A DNA stretch of 57,882 nt, filler included, from Sphacelaria rigidula (taxonomy: Eukaryota): the NCBI GenBank assembly GCA_964200075.2. It is 8 parts of 8 records of this genome, joined end to end, with 100 filler letters (N's around TTAATTAATTAA, not from the genome) between each part and the next. Parts side by side here need not be neighbours in the genome. Positions count along the whole stretch, not along the records: positions 21,745 to 28,892 come from CAXNAA020016258.1; positions 28,993 to 36,140 come from CAXNAA020016259.1; 6 more parts are not named here. One strand, written 5' to 3'. The position numbers and the translations under genes were made by a program. The notes under the pieces are model-generated. The model was not told the origin of the DNA. It made no database searches and was given only the letters and a program-made list of their open reading frames with translations. Positions 21,745 to 33,049 of this stretch are shown here, piece by piece; position 1 is the stretch's first letter; each line of letters begins with the position of its first letter.

Positions 21745-21874
21745 GCGTTTTCGGACAGCTATCGACGAGATCTTTCCAGCATCACCCTTTTCAGAACTGA
21801 TGCTCCTCTTGTTGTGGAGTAATCGAGCATTGAAATTCGGTCCAGGGCGTGTGCGATGACTCGCACAATTACGG
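21745..21874. mobile_element. Partial copy of the 7274-7494 MITE
   Basis: Reverse complement of about 7275-7405. Confidence 0.75.
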
Positions 21875-23501
21875 TATTCACTGTAGAGAAGATAGAGATA
21901 CGCAGTCACCCAATGCGATGCGTCTCGTCGTCATGTCCGTAGCACCATTTGCACATGATAACAACAAAGATCGTTCACGAGGAAGAGAGATCATTGTCCT
22001 TGGCAAGGGATAAGAGAGGAACGCAGAGGGCAGGGTGCACGAAATGTGGTGTCCCTGTTTTGTCGTGTCCTTCCTTCCTTTCTTTCTTTCTTTCGTTCTT
22101 CCCTCCCGCCCGTTCCCTTCCCGTTCATCATATCGTTAGTGTTCTCTTTCCTTCCTTCAGATGTGATGGCCTGCCAACTCCTTGCGTCAACAGTTCTCCA
22201 ATTTTTCCAGTAGCTGAGTAGCAAACTGCTCCCGCGGGATTGGTTCTTGTACGCTCCCCCGTCTGAAACCCTGCCGGATTGACGTCGGGGCTTTCTTGAG
22301 ATCAATCTTCGTCTTCTAGCGTCTTTCTCGACTTACTCTGCTTGTTTCTCCCTTGGTTACTGTTCCCCCGTCATTTGTTCATTGGTTGTTTTTTTTCGCT
22401 CCTCTGTTTCGTCATTTATCCACCCGAGATTCCTTCGTGAGCGCTCCCGTTCATCATCCTTGAGGACCGTCTGCCTTGTGACCAAGATTGGATGTGTGGC
22501 GAACTAGCTAATATTGTAAAACGTTTCAAATCATGAATCAAACTGCAGCAATCCGGGTTGCGCGGTAAAAGCAACTTCTCATTATCCCGCACCCCCTATA
22601 CGACCCCCCATGGTATCTACGAACCACCTGTATACATACCGTAGAGTAACGTCTCGTGACAGCATGTGTGCAGAGCCGGGAAAAGAAATTGGCCGGAAAC
22701 ACCTGCAGTCTTGAACGTTGAGAATATGCGGCTGCCTAACGCCAAAAATGCAATCTGGCGGGTGGTCTTCAGCGGACGACTTCGAATGTTACGTAGATCC
22801 TACAAATCTTGAAGCTCAAGTACCGCAGTGCCACCCCATTTCAAAAGAGCCATATCTTTTTTCTACTTACTAGGTTGTGGTATATAAAAGATTGGTTGGC
22901 TGATTGTCACATCACGTTATCTCCGGAGATTTGGCCAAGGTCATTATCCACAGTACAAACGTACCCAAGGTCAACAAAACGGGATCGATCGCTGAAGGAA
23001 ACCCGGGAAAAAGGAATGAACATCATCAGAGAAAGAAGAAAGATGGAGAAAGATATTATGAGAAGACTGTATGAAGGGGAAAAATATGAATAATGAATGT
23101 GGGAACTGCCACATAGGTAAAAAACTTCCCACAAGTGTCCGTCGAGGAATTATACCTATTCACATTGGCGACACCAGTGAGATAACTCGTACGCTTCACG
23201 ATGAACAGATAGTGTCGGGTCCGAATCCCGGCTTCCACCCCGAAGTGACTCCAAGTTAAGTAGGGATAAACAAGTCGTAAAAATGGTGGGGGACAACGCA
23301 ACTGGAGGATGATTTCGAACTAGACATCAAAGATCCACGGGAAAATCTTGTGTGGAGATTGTTGGATTATGGACCCAACAACTTCACGTAGAAGAAACGT
23401 GAAATATAGTGCACATTGTCATCGCTAGTTGACGAAAAAGGTCACTCCTGCGAGCTCTTCTCGTTAAGAACACGAAAGAAGAAGACGCTCATAAAGGGGA
23501 T

Positions 23502-23614
23502 GGGGGGGGGGCGCACTCATTTGTTTCTTGCCTTCGTCGTTTGACCATTGACCACGCATCCCTTCCGAGACGGAGAAGGGGACGCGGGTGGGGGGGGTGG
23601 GGGGGGAGGGGGGA
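23502..23614 (+). repeat. ACTCATTTG module flanked on both sides by G runs
   Basis: G10-CGCACTCATTTGTTTCTTGCCTTCGTCGTTTGACCATTGACCACGCATCCC...GAGACGGAG, then G tracts. Confidence 0.7.
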
Positions 23615-23749
23615 GGTGATGAGGGAACCACGACATAGAAGGGAGAAACTCTCACAAGTGCCCGTGGAGGAATCATTTTTTTCACAAGAAAGGAAGAAGA
23701 CAGGAATGCGTGAGCAAACGCTAGCTGAGACAGTTTCACTATCGGTCCC

Positions 23750-23978
23750 TGTGATGATGATAATGACAGCAATAGTGATGATGATAAAGGTGGTGATGAT
23801 GGTGAGCGGGGATGATGATGGTGATGATGATGATGGCCAAAAATAGTGATGATGATGGGGATAATACTACTACTAATGATAATACTTATAATGATAAGTA
23901 TTGCCTCAAGGAAGGGAGACCGCACAAACACAAACGAACCAGCAAACGAACGAACAAACAAACAAACAAACAAACAAC
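23750..23978. repeat. Degenerate (GAT)n followed by (AAAC)n microsatellites
   Basis: Directly visible in the sequence. Confidence 0.85.
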
Positions 23979-24146
23979 GGAAGAGGCCATGGATGTGATG
24001 GTGTTCTCGAGCATTTCTGCGTTTGATGGTGTTCAAGAGATTTTCCGTGTTTCCCATTGGTACGATGTCACGAACCCTCTCCACCCGACGAGCACCTCCC
24101 CACCCGGCAAGAGCCATCCTCCTTCTCCCACCTTACACTAGGCTAA

Positions 24147-25230
24147 CTACCACTCTTCTGCCTCGAAGTCGCTCTCGTACTCCTCCACATCCACCAAACA
24201 CAGATCCCCTTCGCCCACGTCCACGTTATGGTGCTTCGATGGAGGCAAACTGGCAGCACCCGGAACTGGCGATACACCCGCCTGGGTACTCTCTAGAGCT
24301 CCCGCCACGTTCCGCTTTTCACCCGGGGATTGCCCTGCATTGTCGAGCATGCCTGGTTCCTCCCAGATGCGTGTCTCGTTTTTTTGCGTGATTGATTCAG
24401 TCGGCGTTGATCGGTGGAGTGACACTTTCAAATCTTCACCTCTTATCACATTTGCCGCACTCGTGACGCCGTTGCCTTCGCGGGTGGTGACAGTCCATCC
24501 CTCGACGCGGGGCACTCCAGCTTCTCGACAGTCAATGCCCTCCCCCTTGTCTCCCCCGGAAGACGGCGATATCGCTTTTCGCGACAACGACGCGGGAGTC
24601 TCTATCGGATGATGCCCATTTTTCACGTCCCACGTCTCGTTTGGTTCCCCCACATCCCCTTTCTCTCGAGCAACCGCACTGCCTCTACTCTTTCCAAACG
24701 ATTGATTCGCAGTCGGAGAAATTCTGCCACCACCTGGACCGCATTGCCGATGGCTGTACCGTCCAGTCTGAGAGATGGCGGAATCTGTCACCGTACCTGT
24801 GGGACTCGTGCATCTCGTATGCTTCGGGCTGCCTTTGTGTGGCGAAGATGGTGACAGCAAAAACGGCGGCGCCGACCGTGTGTTGGCCGGTAGCAGGGGT
24901 CGGGCTCCCGAGAATGATGAGCCTTCATGTCCGTACCCCGCGCGGGGCGAGGAGTGGTCGGTAGTGCAGATTGGCGGGGGGCGGGTGCATGGCTGCGACG
25001 GAAGCTTTATTTCGAGGTTGCAGTTGCTGACTTCACCGGTGTTGCGAGATGACATCAGAGTAGCCTTATCGGTATCCGCTGGTGCTTCGACTTCACTCAG
25101 TGTTTGACGAGAATTTCGAGTCGGGTTGACTATTTCGTCGTCGGTTTGGAGATGGTCCATTGTGCTTTCTCGAACAGCGCTGGCGTCACCATTTTGTGAC
25201 CGGTTTTCACGGAACTTCTCCGATGATAGA
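24147..25230 (-). CDS. Probable large terminal exon of an unknown low-complexity protein
   Basis: More than 350 open codons, S/G/P/E-rich, ending VEEYESDFEAEEW*. The 5' boundary is approximate. Confidence 0.5.
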
Positions 25231-25729
25231 TGGGACGGTAGACACACGAAAAGACAAGCATCGACAAAGCACAGGGAGTTAGACACACGTCTTAGCCTGG
25301 ACAACCTCACTTGTCCGACCATACATGAAAGATCCTATGGTAGACATGATACATGATACATGTGTCATGTGTCATGTTTCCATTGTTGGGCGATCACACA
25401 TGCTACAGGATTACTGGGAGATACTGCATGGGCGTCAAACCAACAAGGGAAAGTTTGCTGCCGGCGTTAAGTCCATCTTTTCGTCGAAAACATTGGTGCT
25501 ATCAGGTAGGGTTCAGGATATTCCACGGTGCTTGCTCAACCTCTATTTTGGCCAAGTTCAGTCTCGCTGCACTGAACTACTGGGGTTTTCTGTGCCTGAT
25601 ATCGTTCTTTACTCACCAGCATTGCGGCCGCCCTACGGTCCACGTCAAACCAACCAGACTTGTCCCTTTTTTGTGTGGATTCGCCGCCGAAATACGCGCC
25701 ATCTTTACGCTTTTCGCATTGAACGATGA

Positions 25730-25959
25730 CCGTTGCTGATGCCGTCGGTGTTGTCGGCACAGGCACTGTTGCCATTTTATCCTTCAACAAACCATTCACT
25801 GCCCGTTCAAATATCACTGAAATCCGCTCCAATTCTTGCTCGCTGTACAAGGACCTGTCTGCCGCCGCACCCTCTTTATCCGACACCCCCGCTCCCTCGC
25901 TGGCAGCGGGATTATCTTGTTCTTCCGGCGTGATGGATGGACCACCAGGGTGCTTGTCC
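25730..25959 (-). CDS. Probable internal exon of the same unknown gene
   Basis: ACACAG acceptor. Translates DKHPGG...LYSEQELERISVIFERAVNGLLKDKMA, a plausible amphipathic helix. Boundaries approximate. Confidence 0.45.
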
Positions 25960-26476
25960 CTGTGTATTCGTAGCAAGCACCAGAGCCGGTAGAGAACGGG
26001 GCATCACATTCAGCGCTAGAACCTGTGGGTGCTGCAGGTCGACATTAAGTTTGCAACATGGGTTGTGCAGCGCGATTCATACCACGCTGGACCGAAATAA
26101 GTGGCCGGTAGGGACCAAATGATGCATAACTATTGCCCACCCTTTAATTTAAAAAAACGGGTTCGAGCCCTGGTATCGCTGTGCTTCTTGTATTCTTTTG
26201 TTTTTGATTTTTTTTATGGTTCAATATTCTTTCTCACCTCTTTCATTCCGCATTCTTCTATTTCGTTTTTGGAGCTCATTTCGTTTTCTTTTATTTCAAA
26301 AACAAAGTATGCGTGGCACTTTGAAAAGAGGGGGTTTCTAAGCGTGAGTGAAACAGGCATGAGACGAAGGAAATAGGCCGAAGCGACAAACATCGTTTGT
26401 TGTGGTCAGGGCGGGGGGGATAGAAGGCCCCAAAAATCAACCCGATTTGCTCGAGAAAACCCCGGCTATTCCCGCC

Positions 26477-27069
26477 GGGGGGGGTGTACCCATGATCTTG
26501 CATGCCATAGTAATCTATCTGATCCTTGACCTCGTATCCCTACAAAGCCGGGACGGAGCACGCCGGGTTTTCGTCGGGCCAGGCTCGCAATCAATCACCA
26601 AGCGCGAAGTGCGGTGGTGTATTCAGCGAGTCGCATGAAGGGTGAGCTGCATCCTGCAAATATTGTTCGGCCCGAAGCATGCTGTTTGTCTTGCATTTAG
26701 ATGACAGCCTTCAATGAGTTGCTTTATTTTCTGGTATCGCCACTTCCTGAGACAGCCACGGTTTATACACTGCCTCACGAGTATATCACCGTATTAACAC
26801 TACCTAGTATGATTATCCCCTTTGCGCGGAGTTGTGGTTCTCCCACCCCACACAATATGATCTAGCCCGACTACCACCATGGTTACCGTACAAACAACGC
26901 AAGCGAGTGAAAATAAATCGGCTACTTGGTTGCCTAGCTTACGCAATGAGTGGCGTGTTTCACAGCGCCATCGCCAACCGACGCCAACCCCATAGGGGGT
27001 CCGCCCCTACAAAGCCGGGACGGAGCACGCCGGGTTTTCGCCGGACCAGGCTATTCCCCCCCGGGGGGG
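26477..27069 (+). mobile_element. Longest copy (about 590 bp) of the poly-G-docked non-coding family
   Basis: G8-TGTACCCATGATC head, shared core, and a 45-bp direct repeat at about 26540-26585 and 27007-27052. Ends CTATTCCCCCCC-G7. Confidence 0.75.
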
Positions 27070-27521
27070 AGGGGGAGACGCTTCGAAGCTATCCCCGGAG
27101 TCTTCCATCCGTTCTCTATTTGTTTCATCCCATAAGTGCCTCCAGTGTTTGGTATCATCTATTTTCGCAATAACATGTACGTGATGTCTCATTTTGTTTT
27201 ATTCGTGAAATCGACCGATCCATACCGCTGACTATATCGTCCTGGTGGTACTTACTATCGGGATGTGTCGGTGTTTTCAGAAAGGATTTAAGCGAACTAC
27301 CGACGCCCATGTAGGCGAGCACAATGGACGTGTGATGATGGCGCGCGCATATCTGTTTCTTTTCGAGCCGTAGCCGTGTTGCTTGTCACGTAGAGCGGTG
27401 TTCTTAACGGTGGGGCTCGAAGCCGGACAGCTTCCGCTGCGGGAAAAGCTGCACCAAGTTCAGGTGTGCCGGTTCGACGTTCTTCGCATGGTTCAAATCT
27501 ACTCCGTGAGGATTGCGAATC

Positions 27522-28547
27522 TTATCCGCACATACACATCGACCGACACCGTCGCTCTGGAGCATGGTCGCACCTGCCGAGTTTTGACCTGATCCATTCC
27601 GCCAGTAGTCGCTGAACTTCGGGGTTAATGACCGGCATCACCGGGTCACGGCGTACACGAGCTCGTAGGGAATGTTCTGAAGAACCGTCCGTAGTTCGCT
27701 TGCCTTTCCCCTCCGTCCTGTCCCCGCTCCCTTCAGCTCGACCACCCCGCAACCACTCTGCCTCGGATACCAAAGCGCTCCAGGTCGGCAGGAACAGTCT
27801 GAAATCAGGGTTGATCGTACCAGAGGCTCCGGGATCCCGCAAAGCTGGAGAAGCACCTGAAAGCGACACATTTGCTTCCGATGCCTGCACTCGGCGGCGG
27901 AGCGTTTCTGGATCGGTATCGGTACTGGTGCGCGTCCGTCCTACTCGAGTTTGGCTACAGCGTACGGTACCGGGACCTGCCCCCCATGGTCGTCGTTTAC
28001 GGCTTTCCTGTCGTCCTTGTTGGATGGAGGGCCTCCTTTTGGAGTTGTTTGTCGAGATGGCATTGAGCTTGCTACCGCCGAGGTTAAGCCTGACTGACCG
28101 GGCGGTTTTGGCGTCGACTCGGTTGCCGTGATCTCCGCAGGAAGTGTTTGCATCGGAGTGGGCGCGTCGGCAACCTTTGAGTCGATCGGAAGAGGTATTC
28201 CCGATGAATTCATCCTCATCCCGCGTCTTGTGAATGCTGACGGGTTTTTGCAAAGCTTTGCCTCTCATAACGCGACCGCTGGTTTTTGCCATTTTAGTCA
28301 CTCTTGGCTGTTGGCGAAAACCTCCCGTAGCTGTGCCTGGAGCAGTAGGTCTGGACCAGAGGCGATGTTGTCGATGTTGCCGAGTTGCCTTGGAAAGCTT
28401 CATTTCTTTCGCCACACCTCGTCTCGAGCTTGCGTCCTGAGCGCTGCGACACCCGATGTGGTGTGGTTGTGTTCGAAGAGTGTTTGGTTTCCACGACGTT
28501 GTTAGATGATTGTTTCCTGCACATACGATGTTTTTTTGTTTTGCCAA
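27522..28547 (-). CDS. Probable large exon of the unknown gene (basic, low complexity)
   Basis: 341 open codons with a repeated INPDFRLFLPTW / INPEVQRLLAEW motif. Candidate CAG|GTGCG donor near 27573. Confidence 0.45.
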   Translation of the reverse strand: MAKQKNIVCAGNNHLTTSWKPNTLRTQPHHIGCRSAQDASSRRGVAKEMKLSKATRQHRQHRLWSRPTAPGTATGGFRQQPRVTKMAKTSGRVMRGKALQKPVSIHKTRDEDEFIGNTSSDRLKGCRRAHSDANTSCGDHGNRVDAKTARSVRLNLGGSKLNAISTNNSKRRPSIQQGRQESRKRRPWGAGPGTVRCSQTRVGRTRTSTDTDPETLRRRVQASEANVSLSGASPALRDPGASGTINPDFRLFLPTWSALVSEAEWLRGGRAEGSGDRTEGKGKRTTDGSSEHSLRARVRRDPVMPVINPEVQRLLAEWIRSKLGRCDHAPERRCRSMCMCG

Positions 28548-28892
28548 AAAGGAAGTATAAAGGGAATAAATACATGAGCCCTGGTGCCTTGCTCGCTACA
28601 AACTAGTCACATTCGAGGGAAACAACGAGGGAACTACCACGAATAGTTTTTGTCTTGTCTTCGGCCATGTCATCAACGCCCCATATTTTTGCTTTTACGT
28701 TGCGTCGTATACCTATCTTGCGTATATTACTACGATGATCACAAGGCGAGTGAACCATGAAAAGTACCACCGAGGGCTACTTCAACTCTTGCAGCCTCCC
28801 TGAGATGAGTCATGCTACGATAAGGGGAGGGGGGGGGGGGGGGGGGGGCTCTGGGTTTTGTTTCTTGAGGGGTTGGGCCGTTGACCGCGAAC

Positions 28893-28992
28893 NNNNNNNN
28901 NNNNNNNNNNNNNNNNNNNNNNNNNNNNNNNNNNNNTTAATTAATTAANNNNNNNNNNNNNNNNNNNNNNNNNNNNNNNNNNNNNNNNNNNN
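28893..28992. other. Artificial contig linker
   Basis: 44N-TTAATTAATTAA-44N. Confidence 0.98.
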
Positions 28993-29814
28993 GATTCTAA
29001 ATTAAAAAGAAACGGCTCGGACTTTTCAAGCGCGTTGCACTACAATAGACCAAGTATTGTTCAACAGCCCACCGCGAAACCGGTTCTCAACACAGCCACG
29101 GCGGAGGTGGCCGCCATACAAGGCGTGATAACTGGTTCAGACTGGATGAAGCGCCTCGCATGGGCACTACTGGCGAAACAACCCCAGGCGTGGGACTAAC
29201 CCTTACCCCCATTGTGTGTGTCTGCAGCTTTATTGTGGGGCACCCATTTGATCCAACTGACCACTGTACTGTAGTAGTAATGCTATACTCTGGTGATGGT
29301 ATATCTCAGCAAACTGCTGAATGATGCTGCGTTTCAAAGATCGTTGGCGTCTGCCGCCGTATTGGATCGTTTCGCTGACGGCCGTCGTCGCCGGTGCAAC
29401 AGTATGAAGCCTCTCTCAAATACTCAACAAGAGGCGCTCGAAAACTCGATGACTAGTCCAAACTAGTATGTTTTCAGCTTTGTTACGTGTTCCGTAGCGC
29501 TTAGACGCAGGGGTTACTCAAAAGGTGCAGCACAATGAATGATGGCGGCTTTTCTGTTGAACTGCTCACCATCATGCTTTCGCTGCCGTGCAGAAAATTC
29601 TGCGTTAGGGGCACATGGTCGAAAGCGGTTGCAAACCCCGAGCTTTTTGAACAAAGTAAATGAAATTTCGATGGTCCGTTGAACCTCAAAAACGAATCCA
29701 GGCTGTATTTACGCTTTGTCAAATAATTTCGCTCGATTGTGTCCCCATAATGCCTCTCTCAGGATCTCTTTCGGTTTGGACTCACTTTTCCCCTTTGCAT
29801 GTTGGATAATTTTA

Positions 29815-30350
29815 CCCCCCCCCCCCTGTCCTTTTCCCTTCAAGGTTTGGCGTCGGGTAGCAACGACGCTGTAAAACACGCCACTCACTGCGCAAGGTAG
29901 GCCAGCACCAGCTTACCGTTTTCTCCTCTCACTTGCATTTTTTTGCGGTAGCCATGATAGTGGTCGAATTATATCATGTTACGCGGGGTGAGAGAATCTC
30001 AACTCCGCGCAAAGAGGATGATCATACTACGTAGTGTTGTAATGATGAGACATCCATGAGGCCGTGCAAGTCGTGGCTGCCTCTGGAAGTGGCGATAACA
30101 GAGAATGAAGCAGCTCGTTGGAAGCTGTTACCAATATGCAAGATAATTGGTACGCTTCGGGCCGAACAATCTTAGCAGGATGCAGGCCACCCCTTATGCC
30201 ACTCGCCGAACACATCACGGCGCTTCGCGCTTGGTGGTGGTTGATTGCGAGCCTGGTCCGACGAAAACCCGGCGTTCTCCGTCCTGGCTTTGTAGGGATG
30301 CGAGGTCACTGGCCATATGATTACGGCACGCAAGATCATGAGTATACCCC
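29815..30350 (-). mobile_element. Poly-G-docked family, near full-length copy
   Basis: Colinear with 26477-27000 on the minus strand and ends in a G12 run. Confidence 0.75.
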
Positions 30351-31186
30351 GCTCCCTCCTTCTCGGGGCGAGTCCGTAGTCTCGAAAGAATAAACCAATT
30401 CCTCCCCCGCGGGCTTGCCGACTGTAAAAATATCTCAAAGTCACGCGACATAGCTTCGATGAGAGTTTGATTCACTTCGGGGAAGGCAGGCAAGTGGTGG
30501 GGGCTGTTTTTTTATTACTTCAACCACGGGTCTGAAAAGCGGAGCACACACGACGGGTCCCGTGTGCCGGTGACGTATGCATCGACAGAGGACCTCTACT
30601 AATACGTACATACACACTACGCATATCTGCATCCCACGCGCAGCATACTACTTACAGTGCTGTGCACACAAGAGTTCTTCTTTGGACACTCATCTAAGTC
30701 TATACAGGGCGTACTGGTCTACTATGTACTCGTCGTTTTACAAAAAAGAGGCCCGAAGCAGTCGGTAGCTGATTAGCCTGCAGGTACGTACGCATGACTC
30801 GAGGCATTTCGGTCCGAGCAAATGCCAACATGAAAGACGTGGACATCGAGAAGCGTGCAGGCCTCACTGACCCCCGCCCACTTCGATGCACTCGCACGCG
30901 ACGCTATTCCGTCTTGATACTCTTCCAAAACACTGCCGGTCACTATGTAGTTTCTTTTGCAACTTAATACATACCCGCGCGCCAACAAGGCAAGTCTCAA
31001 GCGCTCCACTTTTTACTATCGCGTGTTTCCAAAATCAGTCCCCCCTCAGCCCCCGCGCCCTCCATCCCTCCGATGTCAGAGACGCGTCAACTCAACTCCT
31101 AACGATACTAATGGTCACGTAGCATTTCCGCGACGAACTCCAGCAGCACGGGCGTAATCGCGATAGCGCTCTTGTTGCTTGTTGGC

Positions 31187-31321
31187 TTAATCGAAGAGTG
31201 TCATGCTTCCCCAGGTGCTGCCGTGTCGAGGTTGGGCCACCAGGGGGACGGTCAGCGACACAGCTCCCTCCATACACGATCTCACGATCTGTGCAACCTC
31301 TGCCGCGCGCGACTCCAGTAC
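31187..31321 (-). CDS. POLQ: Family A DNA polymerase (Pol theta-like), last exon
   Basis: CTGAAG|VLESRAAEVAQIVRSCMEGAVSLTVPLVAQPRHGSTWGSMTLFD*, a canonical PolA C-terminus. Phase 0. Confidence 0.8.
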   Translation of the reverse strand, partial: VLESRAAEVAQIVRSCMEGAVSLTVPLVAQPRHGSTWGSMTLFD

Positions 31322-31987
31322 CTTCAGGGAGGAAGCAAGAAGAACTTGTGTATAAAGTCGAGAGGTATAGCAATTTGGACCTTGGTAGGGAAGAAAATGC
31401 TGCATTTAAAACAGTGGCATAACCTCGTATACCGTGTGGAGTACGGGAGCATTATCAGCACGACTTTGGCATGTTGGTGTTGAATCATGACCCGTAAAGG
31501 GTACTTCGCGACCCGGAAGTAGACGAGAGGTGTGTGCACATGTCGTCAAAAATCGCGTGAGGAAGTTGGAAAATCGTCTTGCTTCAAAGGTCAAGACGTA
31601 CAACAAACTCTTCTGGCCAAGTAAACAGGAAGCGAGGCAAACAACAGCAGAGATACTATTAATACTGTGGAGGGTCTGACGGCGCTATGCGGAGATCGGA
31701 CGGGAGAAGTATGGTAATATCCGACGTAACCGGACGGTTTGAAAAGACAAATAAAAAACAAAGGTTGATCGCATCAATCGCGAAGCAGTTGAAAAGGCTT
31801 CAATTGAAAACGTGTCGAAAAACCCGAAATATTTTTCAACGCTTTAACCAGATAAGCAACGCATATACCCACCCACTATGAAGCACTTTTGACTCATTTA
31901 TATGTACACAGGGTTCGATAAGCCCAAGACGTCAAAGAACCACCACCACCCACCAACAGCAGCAGCAATATTGCTTAATTTACTCAC

Positions 31988-32195
31988 CTCGTACACAAGT
32001 TCGTCGTGAATGCTCAACACCAGGCGGCAGGGTGGACATCTGGCGAGTTCTGTCCGACCCCGGTCATCAGGAAACCGGCAGCATGACCTGCTGGCTTGAG
32101 CGGCGAGAGGGCTAGTAGCGGCAGAGGTGTTGTCTGCAGAAGAGGAGACACTCGGTGTATTCCCAGGCTTAGACATCCACCGGCATCTCTCAAGT
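31988..32195 (-). CDS. POLQ: Family A DNA polymerase, exon with insert and motif C
   Basis: CATAG acceptor in phase 2. Ends CRLVLSIHDELVYE|GTGAGT (motif C, HDE). Confidence 0.8.
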
Positions 32196-32576
32196 CTATG
32201 ACGGCCGGCGCGAAAAAATTGCAGAGCAAGAAGAAGCATGTGGCGATAACGGCCGTCAGTATGGTTTCATGTGGAGAATGTATCACTGGTTGCTTCGTGT
32301 TTTTCAAAAGGATAACATAACGTGCAGGTCTGCAGGAGAAAAAGCATTCAAGACGCCCAAAAAAGGCCAAACTATACATGGAAGAGCAAAGAAAACAAAC
32401 TAGCACAAAAAAACGTTTGTCAGGGTTCATCGTTAAACGGTGCGCAGTCGTGCCACGCCCAGCTAATCTTAATTTCCCCGACAAACCGGCACAAAACAAC
32501 AACAAATGCAATCATCGACTCGTCTTCGCTGCAGCACTTCAAAAACTAATGTCGCATTCTGTGCAAAATACAATAC

Positions 32577-32790
32577 CCCTTGACCACCAGGGTGGGCGAT
32601 CTGGGTCTCACAATCGTTTTTTATTCCAAGTGATGCCAATTCACTAGATACACACCCCGCCTGGGCGTCAAAGGGGTTCACCCTTCGACGCCCAGGCAGT
32701 GCAGATCAGTCGTGAATGTTTCGTTCTTGTGTTCATTTTTCGAGTACAACGACGCTGATCCAGCAGATGACCCACCTTGGCTGTCAAAGG
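32577..32790. mobile_element. Two piggyBac-like MITEs joined at a TTCA junction (intronic)
   Basis: Central hairpin GCCTGGGCGTCAAAGGG(G)TTCA CCCTTCGACGCCCAGGC at 32659-32697. Outer inverted ends CCCTTGACCACCAGGGTGGG and CCCACCTTGGCTGTCAAAGG. Confidence 0.5.
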
Positions 32791-32890
32791 TTTCAAATAA
32801 CAGTTGAGCAGAGTTGTGGTCGTCGAATCCATCAACCGACACCCTCACCAATTCTGCCCCAACAACAGCAGTGAACAAAATCAAGGATAC

Positions 32891-33049
32891 CTAGCGGCGA
32901 TGTTGGTGGCGGCAAGCTTGAGAAGATCCGCCGCCGACCCCTGACAAACGGTATTAACCGCCTGTCGTTCCGCTCTAGCGCGCTCCTTGTTATCATTCGA
33001 GTTGATCTGGGTGAGGTATCGGCGACGTCCCAAGAGGGTCTCCACATAC
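32891..33049 (-). CDS. POLQ: Family A DNA polymerase, fingers/palm exon
   Basis: CAACAG|(G)[55 protein letters not shown]. 159 nt, phase 2-2. Confidence 0.9.

Noticed and set aside
23464..24141. His/Ile/Asp-rich ORFs
   Set aside because: They are products of (GAT)n and (AAAC)n microsatellites and G runs.
30027..30393. Recurrent peptide LHPAKIVRPEAY...NELLYSLVSPLPE as a gene family
   Set aside because: It comes from copies of one interspersed repeat. Several copies have stops and there is no splice support.
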